Shown: positions 1-9,952, counted from the stretch's first letter. The stretch: DNA of 64,000 nt from Candidatus Cloacimonadota bacterium (GCA_049903315.1 JBNGBT010000001.1:128001-192000), one strand, 5' to 3'. Notes: generated by a model from the letters alone, not told the origin. A program made the numbers and translations.

Positions 1-1326
1 TTATTTGCGTTAAAATTGTTGCTGAAGAAGCATGTTGAGAAGATCGATACAGAACAAGATCCGAGCAATATCCCTGAGCTGCTGAAAAACGAATCCTATG
101 ATCTTGTTCTTCTTGATATGAATTTCACTGCGGATATGAGTGGCGGGCAGGAAGGATATTATTGGATGCAGCGAATAAAAGAGTTAGATCCGAGTATCCT
201 TGTAATTTTTATTACTGCGTATGGAGATGTGGAAAAAGCAGTGAAGGCGATCAAAGCGGGTGCGACTGATTTTGTACTTAAGCCATGGCAGAACGAAAAA
301 CTTCTTACTACGATTAATACTGCACTCAAACTCCGTCAATCACAAACAGAAGCAAGTAACCTACGGATTAAACAGAAAGAACTCAGCGCTGCTCTCGACC
401 AGCCCTTCAGTGATTTCATTGGAGTCTCTCAAGAAATGCAGAAAGTATTTGCAACCATACAAAAAGTTGCTGAAACGGACGCAAGCGTACTTATACTTGG
501 CGAAAATGGCACTGGCAAGGAGCTTGTAGCTCGTGCGCTTCATAGGAATTCCAAAAGAAAGGATGAGGTGTTTATTAGTGTTGATCTTGGTTCTATAAAT
601 GAGAATCTCTTTGAGAGTGAGCTTTTCGGACATGTAAAAGGTTCTTTTACTGACGCAAAGAGTGATAGGACTGGACGCTTTGAAGTCGCATCAGGCGGCA
701 CGCTTTTTCTTGATGAAGTCGGGAATCTTTCTTTGCCGATGCAGGCGAAACTGCTTACAACGCTTGAAAAAAGACAGATAACCCGGGTCGGGGCAAATAA
801 GATCATTCCGATAGATGTGAGAATGATTTGTGCGACGAACATGCCCATTCATGAAATGACACGAGAAAATACATTTCGGCAGGACCTGCTGTACAGAATG
901 AATACTGTTGAAATTTTCCTCCCACCTCTTCGAGATCGGATTGAAGATATACCATTACTCGCAGAACATTTTCTGAAAAATTATGCAAAAAAGTACAATA
1001 AAGAGATAAATTCAATCAACGAGAGGGCTATTAAAAAATTGGAGCTCTATCCGTGGCCCGGCAATATCAGAGAATTACAGCACGCATTGGAACGTGCAGT
1101 GATATTGAGCGAATCAAAGATATTATATCCTGAGGATTTTCTGCTTTCTGTAAAGGGTGGTGGAGACGAGCAGGCAAATTTCGAATCATATAATCTTGAA
1201 GATGTCGAAAAATCAGTTATTCAAAGAGTGATACGTAAACATCATGGAAATATAACGATTGCAGCGAAGGAACTCGGACTCACTAGGACCTCGCTCTATA
1301 GAAGAATGGAAAAATATGACCTATAA
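1..1326 (+). CDS. Sigma-54-dependent NtrC-family response regulator (receiver, AAA+, Fis HTH); 5' end lies upstream of the window
   Basis: Receiver motifs (LLDMNF, ITAYGD, KPW), Walker A GENGTGKE, ESELFGH, GSFTDA loop, FLDEV, FRQDLLYR, WPGNIREL and C-terminal HTH. The frame is open from base 1 (LFALKLLL). Confidence 0.93.
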   Translation, partial: LFALKLLLKKHVEKIDTEQDPSNIPELLKNESYDLVLLDMNFTADMSGGQEGYYWMQRIKELDPSILVIFITAYGDVEKAVKAIKAGATDFVLKPWQNEKLLTTINTALKLRQSQTEASNLRIKQKELSAALDQPFSDFIGVSQEMQKVFATIQKVAETDASVLILGENGTGKELVARALHRNSKRKDEVFISVDLGSINENLFESELFGHVKGSFTDAKSDRTGRFEVASGGTLFLDEVGNLSLPMQAKLLTTLEKRQITRVGANKIIPIDVRMICATNMPIHEMTRENTFRQDLLYRMNTVEIFLPPLRDRIEDIPLLAEHFLKNYAKKYNKEINSINERAIKKLELYPWPGNIRELQHALERAVILSESKILYPEDFLLSVKGGGDEQANFESYNLEDVEKSVIQRVIRKHHGNITIAAKELGLTRTSLYRRMEKYDL

Positions 1327-2677
1327 AAATTTTAAGATAAATGTCATCTTGCGCATTATCCTGTTGCTTATAACCCTCTTTCTGCTTGTTTTCGTATACT
1401 TCAAAACAAGTTTTCACATCACACTTATTTTTATTGGAGTACTTGTATTACTGGAAATTTATTCTCTGATCTATTATATAGACAGGACAAACCGTGATTT
1501 GACCAATCTACTCGATTCGATCCAGTATTCGGATTTCAGCCGGACTTTTACTATAGAAAAAGACAGCTCAAGCTACAAGGAATTCAAGAGCGCTTTTAAT
1601 AAGGTCATTGACAAATTCAAAACCGTTCGTGAAGAAAAAGAAGAACAATATCATTATCTGCAGAATGTTCTCCATCATGTAGGAATTGCTCTGATCGCAT
1701 TTCGAAAGAACGGAAAAGTAGAGATGATAAATAATACGGCAAAGAAGCTTTTCGGAATTAACAATCTCAGGAACATCTTGCTGCTCGAGGATTTTAATAA
1801 AGAAATGGTAGAAACCATTCTAAAACTTAAATCCGGGGAACGCTCCCTTGTGAAAGTCTATGATAATGACGAACTTCTCCAACTCGCAATTTTTGCTACA
1901 GAATTTACTCTGAATGAGAGAATCATAAAATTAGTTTCCATTCAGAACATCCAGCATGAGTTGGAAGAGCAGGAAATGGAAGCATGGCAAAAGCTGATCC
2001 GGGTGCTGACCCACGAGATCATGAATTCTATCACGCCAATTGCCTCGATTTCTTCCACTGTTAATTCCATCCTGCAGGAGATCACGGAAGATGCCAAAGA
2101 TAAAGACGGCAAAGATGTCGATCCCGATACTATCAAAGATATACGTGAAGCGCTCACAACCATTCATAAAAGAAGTACCGGGCTTCTCCATTTTGTGGAA
2201 ACCTACCGAAATCTTACCCGGATTCCCAAGCCGAATTTTCAGATATTTCTCATCAAAAATCTGTTCAACCATGTTGGAGTGCTTCTCGAAGAGGAATTTA
2301 AAGAAAAGAATATCTCTTTTGATTACTCAATATATCCTAAAAGCTTAGAGCTTGCTGCTGACGAAGATCTTGTGCAGCAGGTCGTGATAAATCTGCTGAG
2401 AAATGCTGTTCAAGGTGTGGAGTTGCAGGAAAAACCAATAATTGAGTTGAAGGCATTCGTGAATGAACGCGGACGAGTCATCATTCAGGTTGTGGATAAT
2501 GGTTCAGGTATTCCTCAGGATTCGATGGATAAGATTTTTATTCCCTTTTATACAACCAAAAAAGAGGGGTCGGGAATTGGTCTGAGTTTGTCCCGGCAGA
2601 TAATGGGATTGCATGGGGGAACGATCACTGTAAATTCTGAGCCGAATGTGAAAACAGAATTTACTTTGAGGTTTTAA
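1316..2677 (+). CDS. Membrane sensor histidine kinase (PAS-like, HisKA, HATPase; NtrY-like)
   Basis: Two N-terminal TM segments, H-box LTHEIMNS, N-box NLLRNA, DNGSGI, FIPFYTTK and GSGIGL. Start set at ATG 1316, which overlaps the regulator stop. Confidence 0.92.
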   Translation: MTYKNFKINVILRIILLLITLFLLVFVYFKTSFHITLIFIGVLVLLEIYSLIYYIDRTNRDLTNLLDSIQYSDFSRTFTIEKDSSSYKEFKSAFNKVIDKFKTVREEKEEQYHYLQNVLHHVGIALIAFRKNGKVEMINNTAKKLFGINNLRNILLLEDFNKEMVETILKLKSGERSLVKVYDNDELLQLAIFATEFTLNERIIKLVSIQNIQHELEEQEMEAWQKLIRVLTHEIMNSITPIASISSTVNSILQEITEDAKDKDGKDVDPDTIKDIREALTTIHKRSTGLLHFVETYRNLTRIPKPNFQIFLIKNLFNHVGVLLEEEFKEKNISFDYSIYPKSLELAADEDLVQQVVINLLRNAVQGVELQEKPIIELKAFVNERGRVIIQVVDNGSGIPQDSMDKIFIPFYTTKKEGSGIGLSLSRQIMGLHGGTITVNSEPNVKTEFTLRF

Positions 2678-2686
2678 AATTTCCAA

Positions 2687-2737
2687 TATCCAACATGGAA
2701 TATCCAATTACCAAGTAGTGGCTGAACATGTTCAGCC
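2687..2737. repeat. Copy of a ~51-bp dispersed repeat ending in the perfect 18-bp palindrome GGCTGAACATGTTCAGCC
   Basis: Related copies at 3040-3079 (direct) and 30690-30740 (inverted, 45/51 identical by eye). Confidence 0.8.
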
Positions 2738-2806
2738 CAAATTTGAAATCTCTAATCTAATCGGTATTTGTTACAATCTCATCCCGATTTGTTAAAAGCA
2801 AATCGA

Positions 2807-2828
2807 CCTTCTCCTGCCCAGGAGAAGG
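2807..2828. repeat. Short REP-like hairpin CCTTCTCCTG-CC-CAGGAGAAGG
   Basis: 10-bp perfect inverted repeat in the intergenic region between convergent genes. Confidence 0.55.
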
Positions 2829-3005
2829 AAAATGGAACGATAAATTATGAAGTAAGGGTTCAATGTAACTCAACATTCCGACATGTCTCGGTGTAATGAA
2901 ATGAAACCGGATGTTGAGTACGCAAGATCAGTCTCCTTCCAATGAAACGGAATCTGTCTTGATAAATTAGATTCTTGAGCTACTTTTAGCGTAAATTGAC
3001 TTTTC

Positions 3006-3031
3006 CTCGTTCCTAAGTTGTACTTGGGAAC
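3006..3031. repeat. REP-like palindrome, family CTCGTTCC(T/A/C)AAGTTGNACTT(G/T)GGAAC
   Basis: Same element at 29106-29132 and 58536-58562, with degenerate copies at 29264 and 30422. Confidence 0.8.
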
Positions 3032-3039
3032 ATGGATTC

Positions 3040-3079
3040 GGAATGTCCAATTACCAAGTAGCCGCTGAACATGTTCAGC
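3040..3079. repeat. Second copy of the GCTGAACATGTTCAGC-palindrome repeat
   Basis: Matches 2697-2736 with 3 mismatches. Confidence 0.8.
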
Positions 3080-3129
3080 TCGTATCGTCCTAATTAGATA
3101 TGCTGTAATAGTTTAATTATTCTCGTGAG

Positions 3130-3918
3130 TTACAACCTCATCCCCTTTTCGATATTGGATGACAATTGGCTGATGAATCGCGCCATGTTTGCCCCGTCCA
3201 TGACGTCATGATCGAGAAGGATGGTCATGTTGAGTATCTCACGAATCTCAATTTGGTTTTTTATTACAACAGGTTTTTTTACTATAGAACTTATGCCAAA
3301 GCAAATCGGGTGAACCGATATTGGAATAAACCAGCCGTTTACTTTTCCTATCATTCCTAAAGAAGTAAAGGCAACATTTCCCATTTTCTCAAACGCAAGT
3401 TTTGGGTGATTTAGTATATATTTCCATACATATCTCCTCATGAAACCGGGCAGCGAGTAGTAGTGTCTTTCCAGTTTTTGAGCTTTTTTCTGAAGGACGA
3501 TGTCTTTATTAGTAAGTTCCTTATTAATCGCGTCGGTGATTTGGCTTGTAATGGACTCGATGCTTATCTCATGCGATTTCTCGATAACGAGTGGAATGGG
3601 TACTCTTTGTCCATCCAGCTCTTTTTCAACCACGATTGAGACATTGATATCGTCGAAGATCATCAGTTTCCGTTTTCCTTTTAGGAATGAAGCTGACGTT
3701 TCGTACTTTTTGATAGTGGTACTGATCACTCCTATCAACCACGCAGTGAATGAGATGTTATTGCCGGTACTTTTATTGTATCCCCTGATCTTCCTGCGAC
3801 TTTCCGTTACATCGAGTTCAATCATTCCAGTTACATGGTGCTTCCTTTTTCCCATTTCGCACACATCGAATGTTGCGATTCGTGAAGCCGGGAATGTTTG
3901 GATTTTGTAATTTTTCAT
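3130..3918 (-). CDS. Stand-alone 2-oxoacid dehydrogenase E2-type acyltransferase catalytic domain protein
   Basis: C-terminal DHDVMDGA (HxxxDG motif), ISFTAWLI and FTSLG. No lipoyl or E3-binding domain. Confidence 0.85.
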   Translation of the reverse strand: MKNYKIQTFPASRIATFDVCEMGKRKHHVTGMIELDVTESRRKIRGYNKSTGNNISFTAWLIGVISTTIKKYETSASFLKGKRKLMIFDDINVSIVVEKELDGQRVPIPLVIEKSHEISIESITSQITDAINKELTNKDIVLQKKAQKLERHYYSLPGFMRRYVWKYILNHPKLAFEKMGNVAFTSLGMIGKVNGWFIPISVHPICFGISSIVKKPVVIKNQIEIREILNMTILLDHDVMDGANMARFISQLSSNIEKGMRL

Positions 3919-4061
3919 ATTATTAAAATTGTGTATCTGTTTTTTTTCTTTTTTGTTACTTCTTGAATAAATATTTTCATTGTAGTTTTCTCATTTCTAT
4001 TTTACAATAGATAACTTATAATGCTATTATGGTTTCACTGTCAATGAAAAACGAGAACAGT

Positions 4062-4155
4062 CTTCATCATTCATTATTGGATATTGGTTATTGGTTATTG
4101 ATTATTCTTCCGATCTCATCCCGATCTGCGCTATGCTTGTCCGCCCACTGGCGGA
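4062..4155. repeat. Heptamer-structured repeat (TTGGATA/TTGGTTA/TTGATTA) followed by a TCCGCC-CACT-GGCGGA mini-hairpin
   Basis: Tandem 7-mers at 4077-4104 resemble the 30716-30792 repeat body. Hairpin at 4140-4155. Confidence 0.55.
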
Positions 4156-4207
4156 TCTGTGCGTATCAGTGTTCTATTTAAAACCTTAACCGGTTTGAAC
4201 TCCGCTA

Positions 4208-4669
4208 TTAATTGTTTTTTGTCGTGAGAACATGAACAAATTCCTGCGTTGTTCTGACAACCCTTTTTGCAAGAGAATCATTCAATGATGCACAGACCTT
4301 CGCACAGATCGATACATCATCCTTTAAAAACTGAAGAAGTTCATAATAGGGAAAACGAGTGATCTCGACATCTTCAAGAGCTTTCACATATGCGGTTCTC
4401 TGAACAGGAATAATGAAGTTTATCTCCCCAAAGGTTTCGCCTGTGAAGAGAGAGGTTACTCTTTTCTCATTTTTTTCTTCATCAATAAAGCAAATGGAGA
4501 CGGAACCTTTTTTTATCACAAAAATATCGCGATTTTTATCCCCTTCTTCAAGAATAAAAGATCCGGATTTATACAATTCTGTTTTTGCGATCTTTTCGAC
4601 CTGCTTCACTTCCTTAGTATTGAGATACTTTAGGAGCTCATTGTCGTTTTCTCGCAGGAATATATTCAT
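4208..4669 (-). CDS. Stand-alone cyclic nucleotide-binding domain protein
   Basis: cNMP-binding motifs ILEEGD, IFVIKKGSV and GETFGEI...RTAYVKA. No HTH. Confidence 0.88.
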   Translation of the reverse strand: MNIFLRENDNELLKYLNTKEVKQVEKIAKTELYKSGSFILEEGDKNRDIFVIKKGSVSICFIDEEKNEKRVTSLFTGETFGEINFIIPVQRTAYVKALEDVEITRFPYYELLQFLKDDVSICAKVCASLNDSLAKRVVRTTQEFVHVLTTKNN

Positions 4670-4682
4670 TTAGGATATAGTT

Positions 4683-4716
4683 AAAGAAAAGGGGATTGAG
4701 GTTGATCGCAATCCCC
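4683..4716 (-). terminator. Probable intrinsic terminator after the lipoprotein gene
   Basis: GGGGATTG...CAATCCCC stem followed by TTTTCTTT on the minus strand. Confidence 0.65.
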
Positions 4717-4725
4717 ATAGAAGAT

Positions 4726-5526
4726 TTATTTAAAACTATTTACTATCTGTGCAGAAAGTTTATTTAATTCCTGAACTTGAAACTTTGAATAGGTTTGATC
4801 TTCGGAGGAATAGATAATATCTTTTATTTGACTCACGTCCATAATCGAATTTTGATAATATTGCTCGGATAGTAATTCCTGGTCAGAGATATTCGGAAGG
4901 TCGTGAAGAAGGGCATTCACCACAGATTTATTTGCGAGTATTGATGTGATCTGGGAATTGGTATAATTATTCATAATAAGATACGAAGCATTTTCGAGTC
5001 CTCTAGTCCATCCGCCAAATTGAATCAGAATGACCGAATCGAAATTCTCGAGATTATAAAGCTCATCTGTCACATCACTTTCATATTCTTCGATCTTTGT
5101 CTCTACTTTATTCCAGTCATTATCATCAAGAAGAATTTTAAGCGAGTCAGACAGCTTGAGAAATTCATCACTGACATTTAATATTTCAGCATAATTCACA
5201 AGCTCTTTGGTGATATCAAGCAAGGTATCTTTATTCTTAGCTTTTACTGCAATGAGCGCATCTGCGACATCTGCACCAAGATCAAAGGCAACTTGTGGGA
5301 GTGTTTTGGGGTCAGGTTTTACTCTGTTCTTCAAAACACTATTAAAGTTTATGCCTTCGAGTGTCGTCAGATCATCAAGGATCATGGAGAAGGGAACATG
5401 CTGGGTGTGGTAGATCTTCACGATCACTTCACCTTCAGACAGTTCCTGCTTCGGTGCCTTCTCTTTTTTTGTACAGCCGACTATTGCAATTAGTACAATA
5501 AGTACTAAACAAATTACTTTTTTCAT
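4726..5526 (-). CDS. Helical lipoprotein of unknown function
   Basis: Lipoprotein signal (IAIVG-C), GGAGG RBS, conserved-looking motifs AFDLGADVADA and FGGWTRGL. Confidence 0.8.
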   Translation of the reverse strand: MKKVICLVLIVLIAIVGCTKKEKAPKQELSEGEVIVKIYHTQHVPFSMILDDLTTLEGINFNSVLKNRVKPDPKTLPQVAFDLGADVADALIAVKAKNKDTLLDITKELVNYAEILNVSDEFLKLSDSLKILLDDNDWNKVETKIEEYESDVTDELYNLENFDSVILIQFGGWTRGLENASYLIMNNYTNSQITSILANKSVVNALLHDLPNISDQELLSEQYYQNSIMDVSQIKDIIYSSEDQTYSKFQVQELNKLSAQIVNSFK

Positions 5527-5624
5527 TCGTCCTCCGCATTCGTACGATAAAAAATTTTAGCTTCTGTTTTATAAATTGGAAAAATTATAAAATTGCTGTC
5601 AACAATTCTATAGAAATGTAGTAA

Positions 5625-8600
5625 TTATTTAAATTTGAACCTGATGATAATGTAGGTGAGAATATTTATCAAGAATCCATAAAGAAATGCTATTACTACA
5701 TTTACATTATACGTATTATAATTTTTTCCAAAGATTATTTTTTTACTACTCAGGAAATGATTTTTGGGATTATTAAGGAATCTGCCGTCGATCCTGGAAA
5801 CTGCAATATTGATATCTTCGTTAATATATCGGTCAGGATCGTTGTTGATGAGGAGTTTCGCTTTTTTGTTGCGTACTTCTTTTATTTCTATATTGAATTC
5901 AGAAATGGAAATTTCCTTTTTTGATTTTTGCTGAAAGAGCAAATCCTCACGGCTGTTGAGATTGGAGAGTTTTCTTTTGTAGAAATTCAATTTTGCCTGT
6001 GCAGTAAACAGCCCTTCGAATAACCATCTTGACGGCATGACATGACAGAATTCCGGTATGACTGATTCGGGATTCACTTTGACGACGCGGTTCATCTTTT
6101 CGAATTCTATCACTGCGCCTGCAAATATCATTTGAGGAATAAGCACAATTGGAAGGATATTGATCATTGCTTTTTTATCCTTGAGTACCGCAGATGCGAG
6201 AAGCCCAAGTGAAAAACCAATAAAAGCAGAGAGGACAAGGTAGCCAACATATACGAAAAACACTCCGCGGATTTCAAGTATAACACTGGAAACTGCAAAA
6301 TAGATTACTGCCTGGAAAAAGGCAAAGATTGCAAGCGAGAGGTTTTTTACCAGAAGGACAAGTCCGCATTTGATGCGTAACTTTTTCTCTCGTATCATAA
6401 TGCGTTTTTCAGAAAAGATATCATCAAGACTATTTGAAAGACCCAGAAAAATAAAGACGATGATCGAGATGAAAATGAAGATCTTCATATTGAGGTTGAA
6501 TGCAAAAGAGTAACTCTGTTCCGGGGGTGAGTAGCGTAAAATAATTGAAATGAGGATCGCAAGCACTGGCGCTGCAAGAAATGTCACAATAAGATTCGAT
6601 TTATTCTTTAACTTATTCAGTATATTTCGTGCAAAAAGATAATAAAATTGTGAGAAGTATTCCCTGAGAGAGGTTCTTTTATTTCTAATCGTCTTTTTAC
6701 TGACTGCTTCAGCCGCTTCATCAGAATCACTTTGTTTTTTTCTTTTCATCAGTTCAAACAGCTGGTATTTCTCAAATTTAGCTTTCCAATGACTTGGAGG
6801 GAATTTTCTGAGTTCCTGCTTTGCTCCCCCAATTGAGGTTGAACGCTTATAAACAAAATTTCCTTCTGAATCGAGAAGAGGACACTGCAAAATATCAAAA
6901 AGATACTCAGCCATTTTGAGCTCTTTTTTTCTTAAAAGATTTCCCAAACCATAGCTGATCTTTTCGAGCTCATCATTAAAATAGTTGAAAACCTCCTCGG
7001 TGTTTCCGAAGAATACTTCAGTGCCCTGTTGGTCGATAAGGAGCACTTTGTCGAATTTCTGGAAAATATCGGGGTTGGGTTGATGGATAGTGGCAATGAT
7101 TATCTTACCCTGCTCCTTGAGCTCGTTGAGGATGTCAGTAATTTTTTCGGAATCCTTTGATGAGAGTCCCGAAGTGGGCTCATCCAAAATAATAATAAGC
7201 GGTTCTGCAAGAAGTTCAAGAGCTATATTGAGTCGTTTGCGTTCACCACCGCTGAGCTTCTTGTCCATAATAGAACCGACAACAAGGTCTCTTTTTTCAG
7301 ATAATCCAATCTGTACGAGAATGTTATCAATCTTCTTGTTGAGTTCTCTTGAATCCCTGATATGCGGAAGACGCAGCTTGCCGCAGTAAAAGAGATTTTC
7401 ATAAACCGTCAGATTATTGAAAAGTAGGTCGTCCTGAGGTACATATCCGATAAATTTCTGGAAATAAGAATAATTCTTATAAAAATCAAAATCATTTATG
7501 AAGATGGAAGCAGTATCGGGAATTATTTCTCCGATCAGGCATTTCAGAAGTGTTGTTTTTCCACTTCCGCTTGCACCGAGAATTGCTATGAATTCCCCGC
7601 GCTTTGCATAAAAATTAATGTCATCCAATGCTACTTTATTGTCATCTTTGAAGGTGTAGTGAAGGCTGTTAACCTCCATTTTGACAACCTCCAACTCGAC
7701 CTTGTGAATATCAAAAAATTTATTAAAACGGATCGTGATTTTGCCAATAGTGACAACATCCTTTGCAAGCTCAAATTCCTTTTCTTTATCAAGCGGTTGA
7801 TGATTCAGATATATCTGGGGAGTTTTAGTGAGAGGTGAAATAAAATAGTCATTATCCTTCTGTGAAATTTTAATGATCGCATTAGTCGATTTATGCTCAT
7901 TCATTCGGAAAAAATCTTCATAATTTTCAAGGAAAAGCGTGTCAAACCTTCTCTCATCCCTTGTAAAAGTAAGTTTTTCGGTGAGGATATCAAGTGGCGA
8001 GAGTTCGATCACATCATTGATAATAAAGCGGTCTGTAATGATGACTTCGTAGATAGAACCTTTGGTGAGGAGAGTTTTATTCTGCACGATCTTTCCGTCA
8101 AAGACCTCGATCTTAAGCTTGTTTTTTTCCTGTGTGAAGTCGACATCAAAACTTTCTTTTGTATATTTGATGACCTTTGCTATTTCTTCCACTTTATTAT
8201 GATAGAGCATTAAAATATCGTTATAGGATACCTCAACAGCGTTTTCATCAGTGTGATTTTTCAGTATGATTGTTTCATCTTTTTGCAGCTTCATGAGTAC
8301 GTTTTTATTCAGTGCCTGCGAGCCGATCCTGTATAAGCCATCTACATAACTTCCTACAAGTACAAGATTTTCGATTATTAAAACGATGATCTTGTACGGA
8401 GTGTGATTATCATCTTTGAGAAGAATATCGCAATGGGGACTTTCTCCGAGCAGAAGAAAATTCATAAAAAGATTTTTGTCGATATTGAGCAAGAATTCCT
8501 GCAAGCTGATCTCGATCGAGTCATTTTCTTCTTCAATGAGGTCTATGATCTGGGAGTATGTCCGGATATCTATTTCCAGCAATTCCACGACTTCAAGAAT

Positions 8601-8921
8601 ATCCAGTCTGTCCATCACAGAGAAATCGTCATTGATATGTGCAATGAGCAGCAGATTCATGAGAAGTGTTATTTTATCGGGGAATCGCAGATCGTTCTTT
8701 ATGATATTGATCGCCTGTTTGAGCGGAAGGGGATTTTCAATAAGGCGCTGAATATGGTGAATGTGTATCTCTTCCTGCCGGAAAGTGGTTTTGATAATAT
8801 TATATATTTTTTCTATATCATTCTTGGAAAGCTCCTTTTTGTTAAAGCGGATAAGAGTAAGATATAATGCAACGACTGCATTGATAATATCGTCTATATT
8901 TTTCACGGGAGCTTTTTTCAT
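5625..8921 (-). CDS. Fused ABCG/ABC-2-type transporter with long N-terminal extension (TerB-like helical domain and FHA-like beta domains, then NBD, then TMD)
   Basis: Walker A GASGSGKT, Q-loop YVPQDD, signature LSGGERKR, LDEPTSGL, TIHQP and about 6 C-terminal TM helices. The N-terminal domain calls are inference. Confidence 0.85.
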   Translation of the reverse strand: MKKAPVKNIDDIINAVVALYLTLIRFNKKELSKNDIEKIYNIIKTTFRQEEIHIHHIQRLIENPLPLKQAINIIKNDLRFPDKITLLMNLLLIAHINDDFSVMDRLDILEVVELLEIDIRTYSQIIDLIEEENDSIEISLQEFLLNIDKNLFMNFLLLGESPHCDILLKDDNHTPYKIIVLIIENLVLVGSYVDGLYRIGSQALNKNVLMKLQKDETIILKNHTDENAVEVSYNDILMLYHNKVEEIAKVIKYTKESFDVDFTQEKNKLKIEVFDGKIVQNKTLLTKGSIYEVIITDRFIINDVIELSPLDILTEKLTFTRDERRFDTLFLENYEDFFRMNEHKSTNAIIKISQKDNDYFISPLTKTPQIYLNHQPLDKEKEFELAKDVVTIGKITIRFNKFFDIHKVELEVVKMEVNSLHYTFKDDNKVALDDINFYAKRGEFIAILGASGSGKTTLLKCLIGEIIPDTASIFINDFDFYKNYSYFQKFIGYVPQDDLLFNNLTVYENLFYCGKLRLPHIRDSRELNKKIDNILVQIGLSEKRDLVVGSIMDKKLSGGERKRLNIALELLAEPLIIILDEPTSGLSSKDSEKITDILNELKEQGKIIIATIHQPNPDIFQKFDKVLLIDQQGTEVFFGNTEEVFNYFNDELEKISYGLGNLLRKKELKMAEYLFDILQCPLLDSEGNFVYKRSTSIGGAKQELRKFPPSHWKAKFEKYQLFELMKRKKQSDSDEAAEAVSKKTIRNKRTSLREYFSQFYYLFARNILNKLKNKSNLIVTFLAAPVLAILISIILRYSPPEQSYSFAFNLNMKIFIFISIIVFIFLGLSNSLDDIFSEKRIMIREKKLRIKCGLVLLVKNLSLAIFAFFQAVIYFAVSSVILEIRGVFFVYVGYLVLSAFIGFSLGLLASAVLKDKKAMINILPIVLIPQMIFAGAVIEFEKMNRVVKVNPESVIPEFCHVMPSRWLFEGLFTAQAKLNFYKRKLSNLNSREDLLFQQKSKKEISISEFNIEIKEVRNKKAKLLINNDPDRYINEDINIAVSRIDGRFLNNPKNHFLSSKKIIFGKNYNTYNVNVVIAFLYGFLINILTYIIIRFKFK

Positions 8922-9142
8922 CAAAGGATTTCCTTATTAAGACTATGTGCATTTTCTTTCACAACTGCTTTGGTAGAGCAGCGGGTTTTTAATGTCAAAT
9001 TTTTCGGGAACACAGAGTAAAACAGACTTAGGTAAAGCATACAGAAAAAAATTACCACAGAGATCACAGAGCTATATAGAAAACAATTAACAAAAATTAT
9101 GGACAAAACGAAGCATGCCTCAAATTTTATCCACGAGGCTTT

Positions 9143-9763
9143 ATGAAAAAAATAATTTTGATGGTTTTCCTGATGCTTCTCATAAGCAATTTATATTGTG
9201 ATGCGAAGCAGGATACCGATGCACTATTACATCTAAACATTCTCAATTTTAATATACTTGCACAAAACGAACTCATTAATGATAAAATCCCCAATACTCA
9301 ACCTACTATTAAGGATACAGTGTCTCAACAACCACTTCTAAAAAGACCAAAGACATGTTTTACCTTCTCTCTCGATACTGTCGTAATGCCGGGCGTTAGA
9401 TTCGGATTTGGATTTATAGACCATGATTCAACTTCTACAAAAGAAGAATTCGTCATTATACATGCGAATACAATAATGTTATTATCTTCCATTGGAATAT
9501 TTGGCAAAGTGAATTCTTTTAAATTCCCACAGAGGATTGGATTCTATACAAGTTATAGCATTGGAGTTGATTATTGCGTGACTTCTGGGGGACTTGATCC
9601 TGGCGGAAGTCCAGGAGGTTCAGGAGAGCAATTTTTTTCTCCCTATTTTACTTTCGGAATTGGTTACAGTTTTAAAGTAGGGAATACTTCATTTTTCAGA
9701 ATTTCAGGAGACCTGGGCCTGAAGTGGTTAATTGCCAGTATAACATTATCGTATGTGTTTTAA
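9143..9763 (+). CDS. Secreted hypothetical protein, probable small outer-membrane beta-barrel
   Basis: Signal peptide, alternating amphipathic strands and C-terminal ...TLSYVF (Bam-type terminal Phe). Confidence 0.65.
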   Translation: MKKIILMVFLMLLISNLYCDAKQDTDALLHLNILNFNILAQNELINDKIPNTQPTIKDTVSQQPLLKRPKTCFTFSLDTVVMPGVRFGFGFIDHDSTSTKEEFVIIHANTIMLLSSIGIFGKVNSFKFPQRIGFYTSYSIGVDYCVTSGGLDPGGSPGGSGEQFFSPYFTFGIGYSFKVGNTSFFRISGDLGLKWLIASITLSYVF

Positions 9764-9952
9764 AATTGGTAAAAATTCCTTTTTCAGTATATCGGGTGAT
9801 TGGGGTATTAGATTTCTTGGTGATAACGTAACCTTATCATTGATATTTTGAACAAATTCATAAATTACTTGATTAAAAATTTATCCCTTACAAATGTTTA
9901 ACAAATATTTTAAAATTATAATAAATAAAATATATATATGACAGGAGGAAAG

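Noticed and set aside
2687..3079. Possible CRISPR array or IS element from the direct repeats
   Set aside because: Only two copies about 340 bp apart, no regular spacers, no cas gene or transposase, and no terminal inverted repeats around an ORF.
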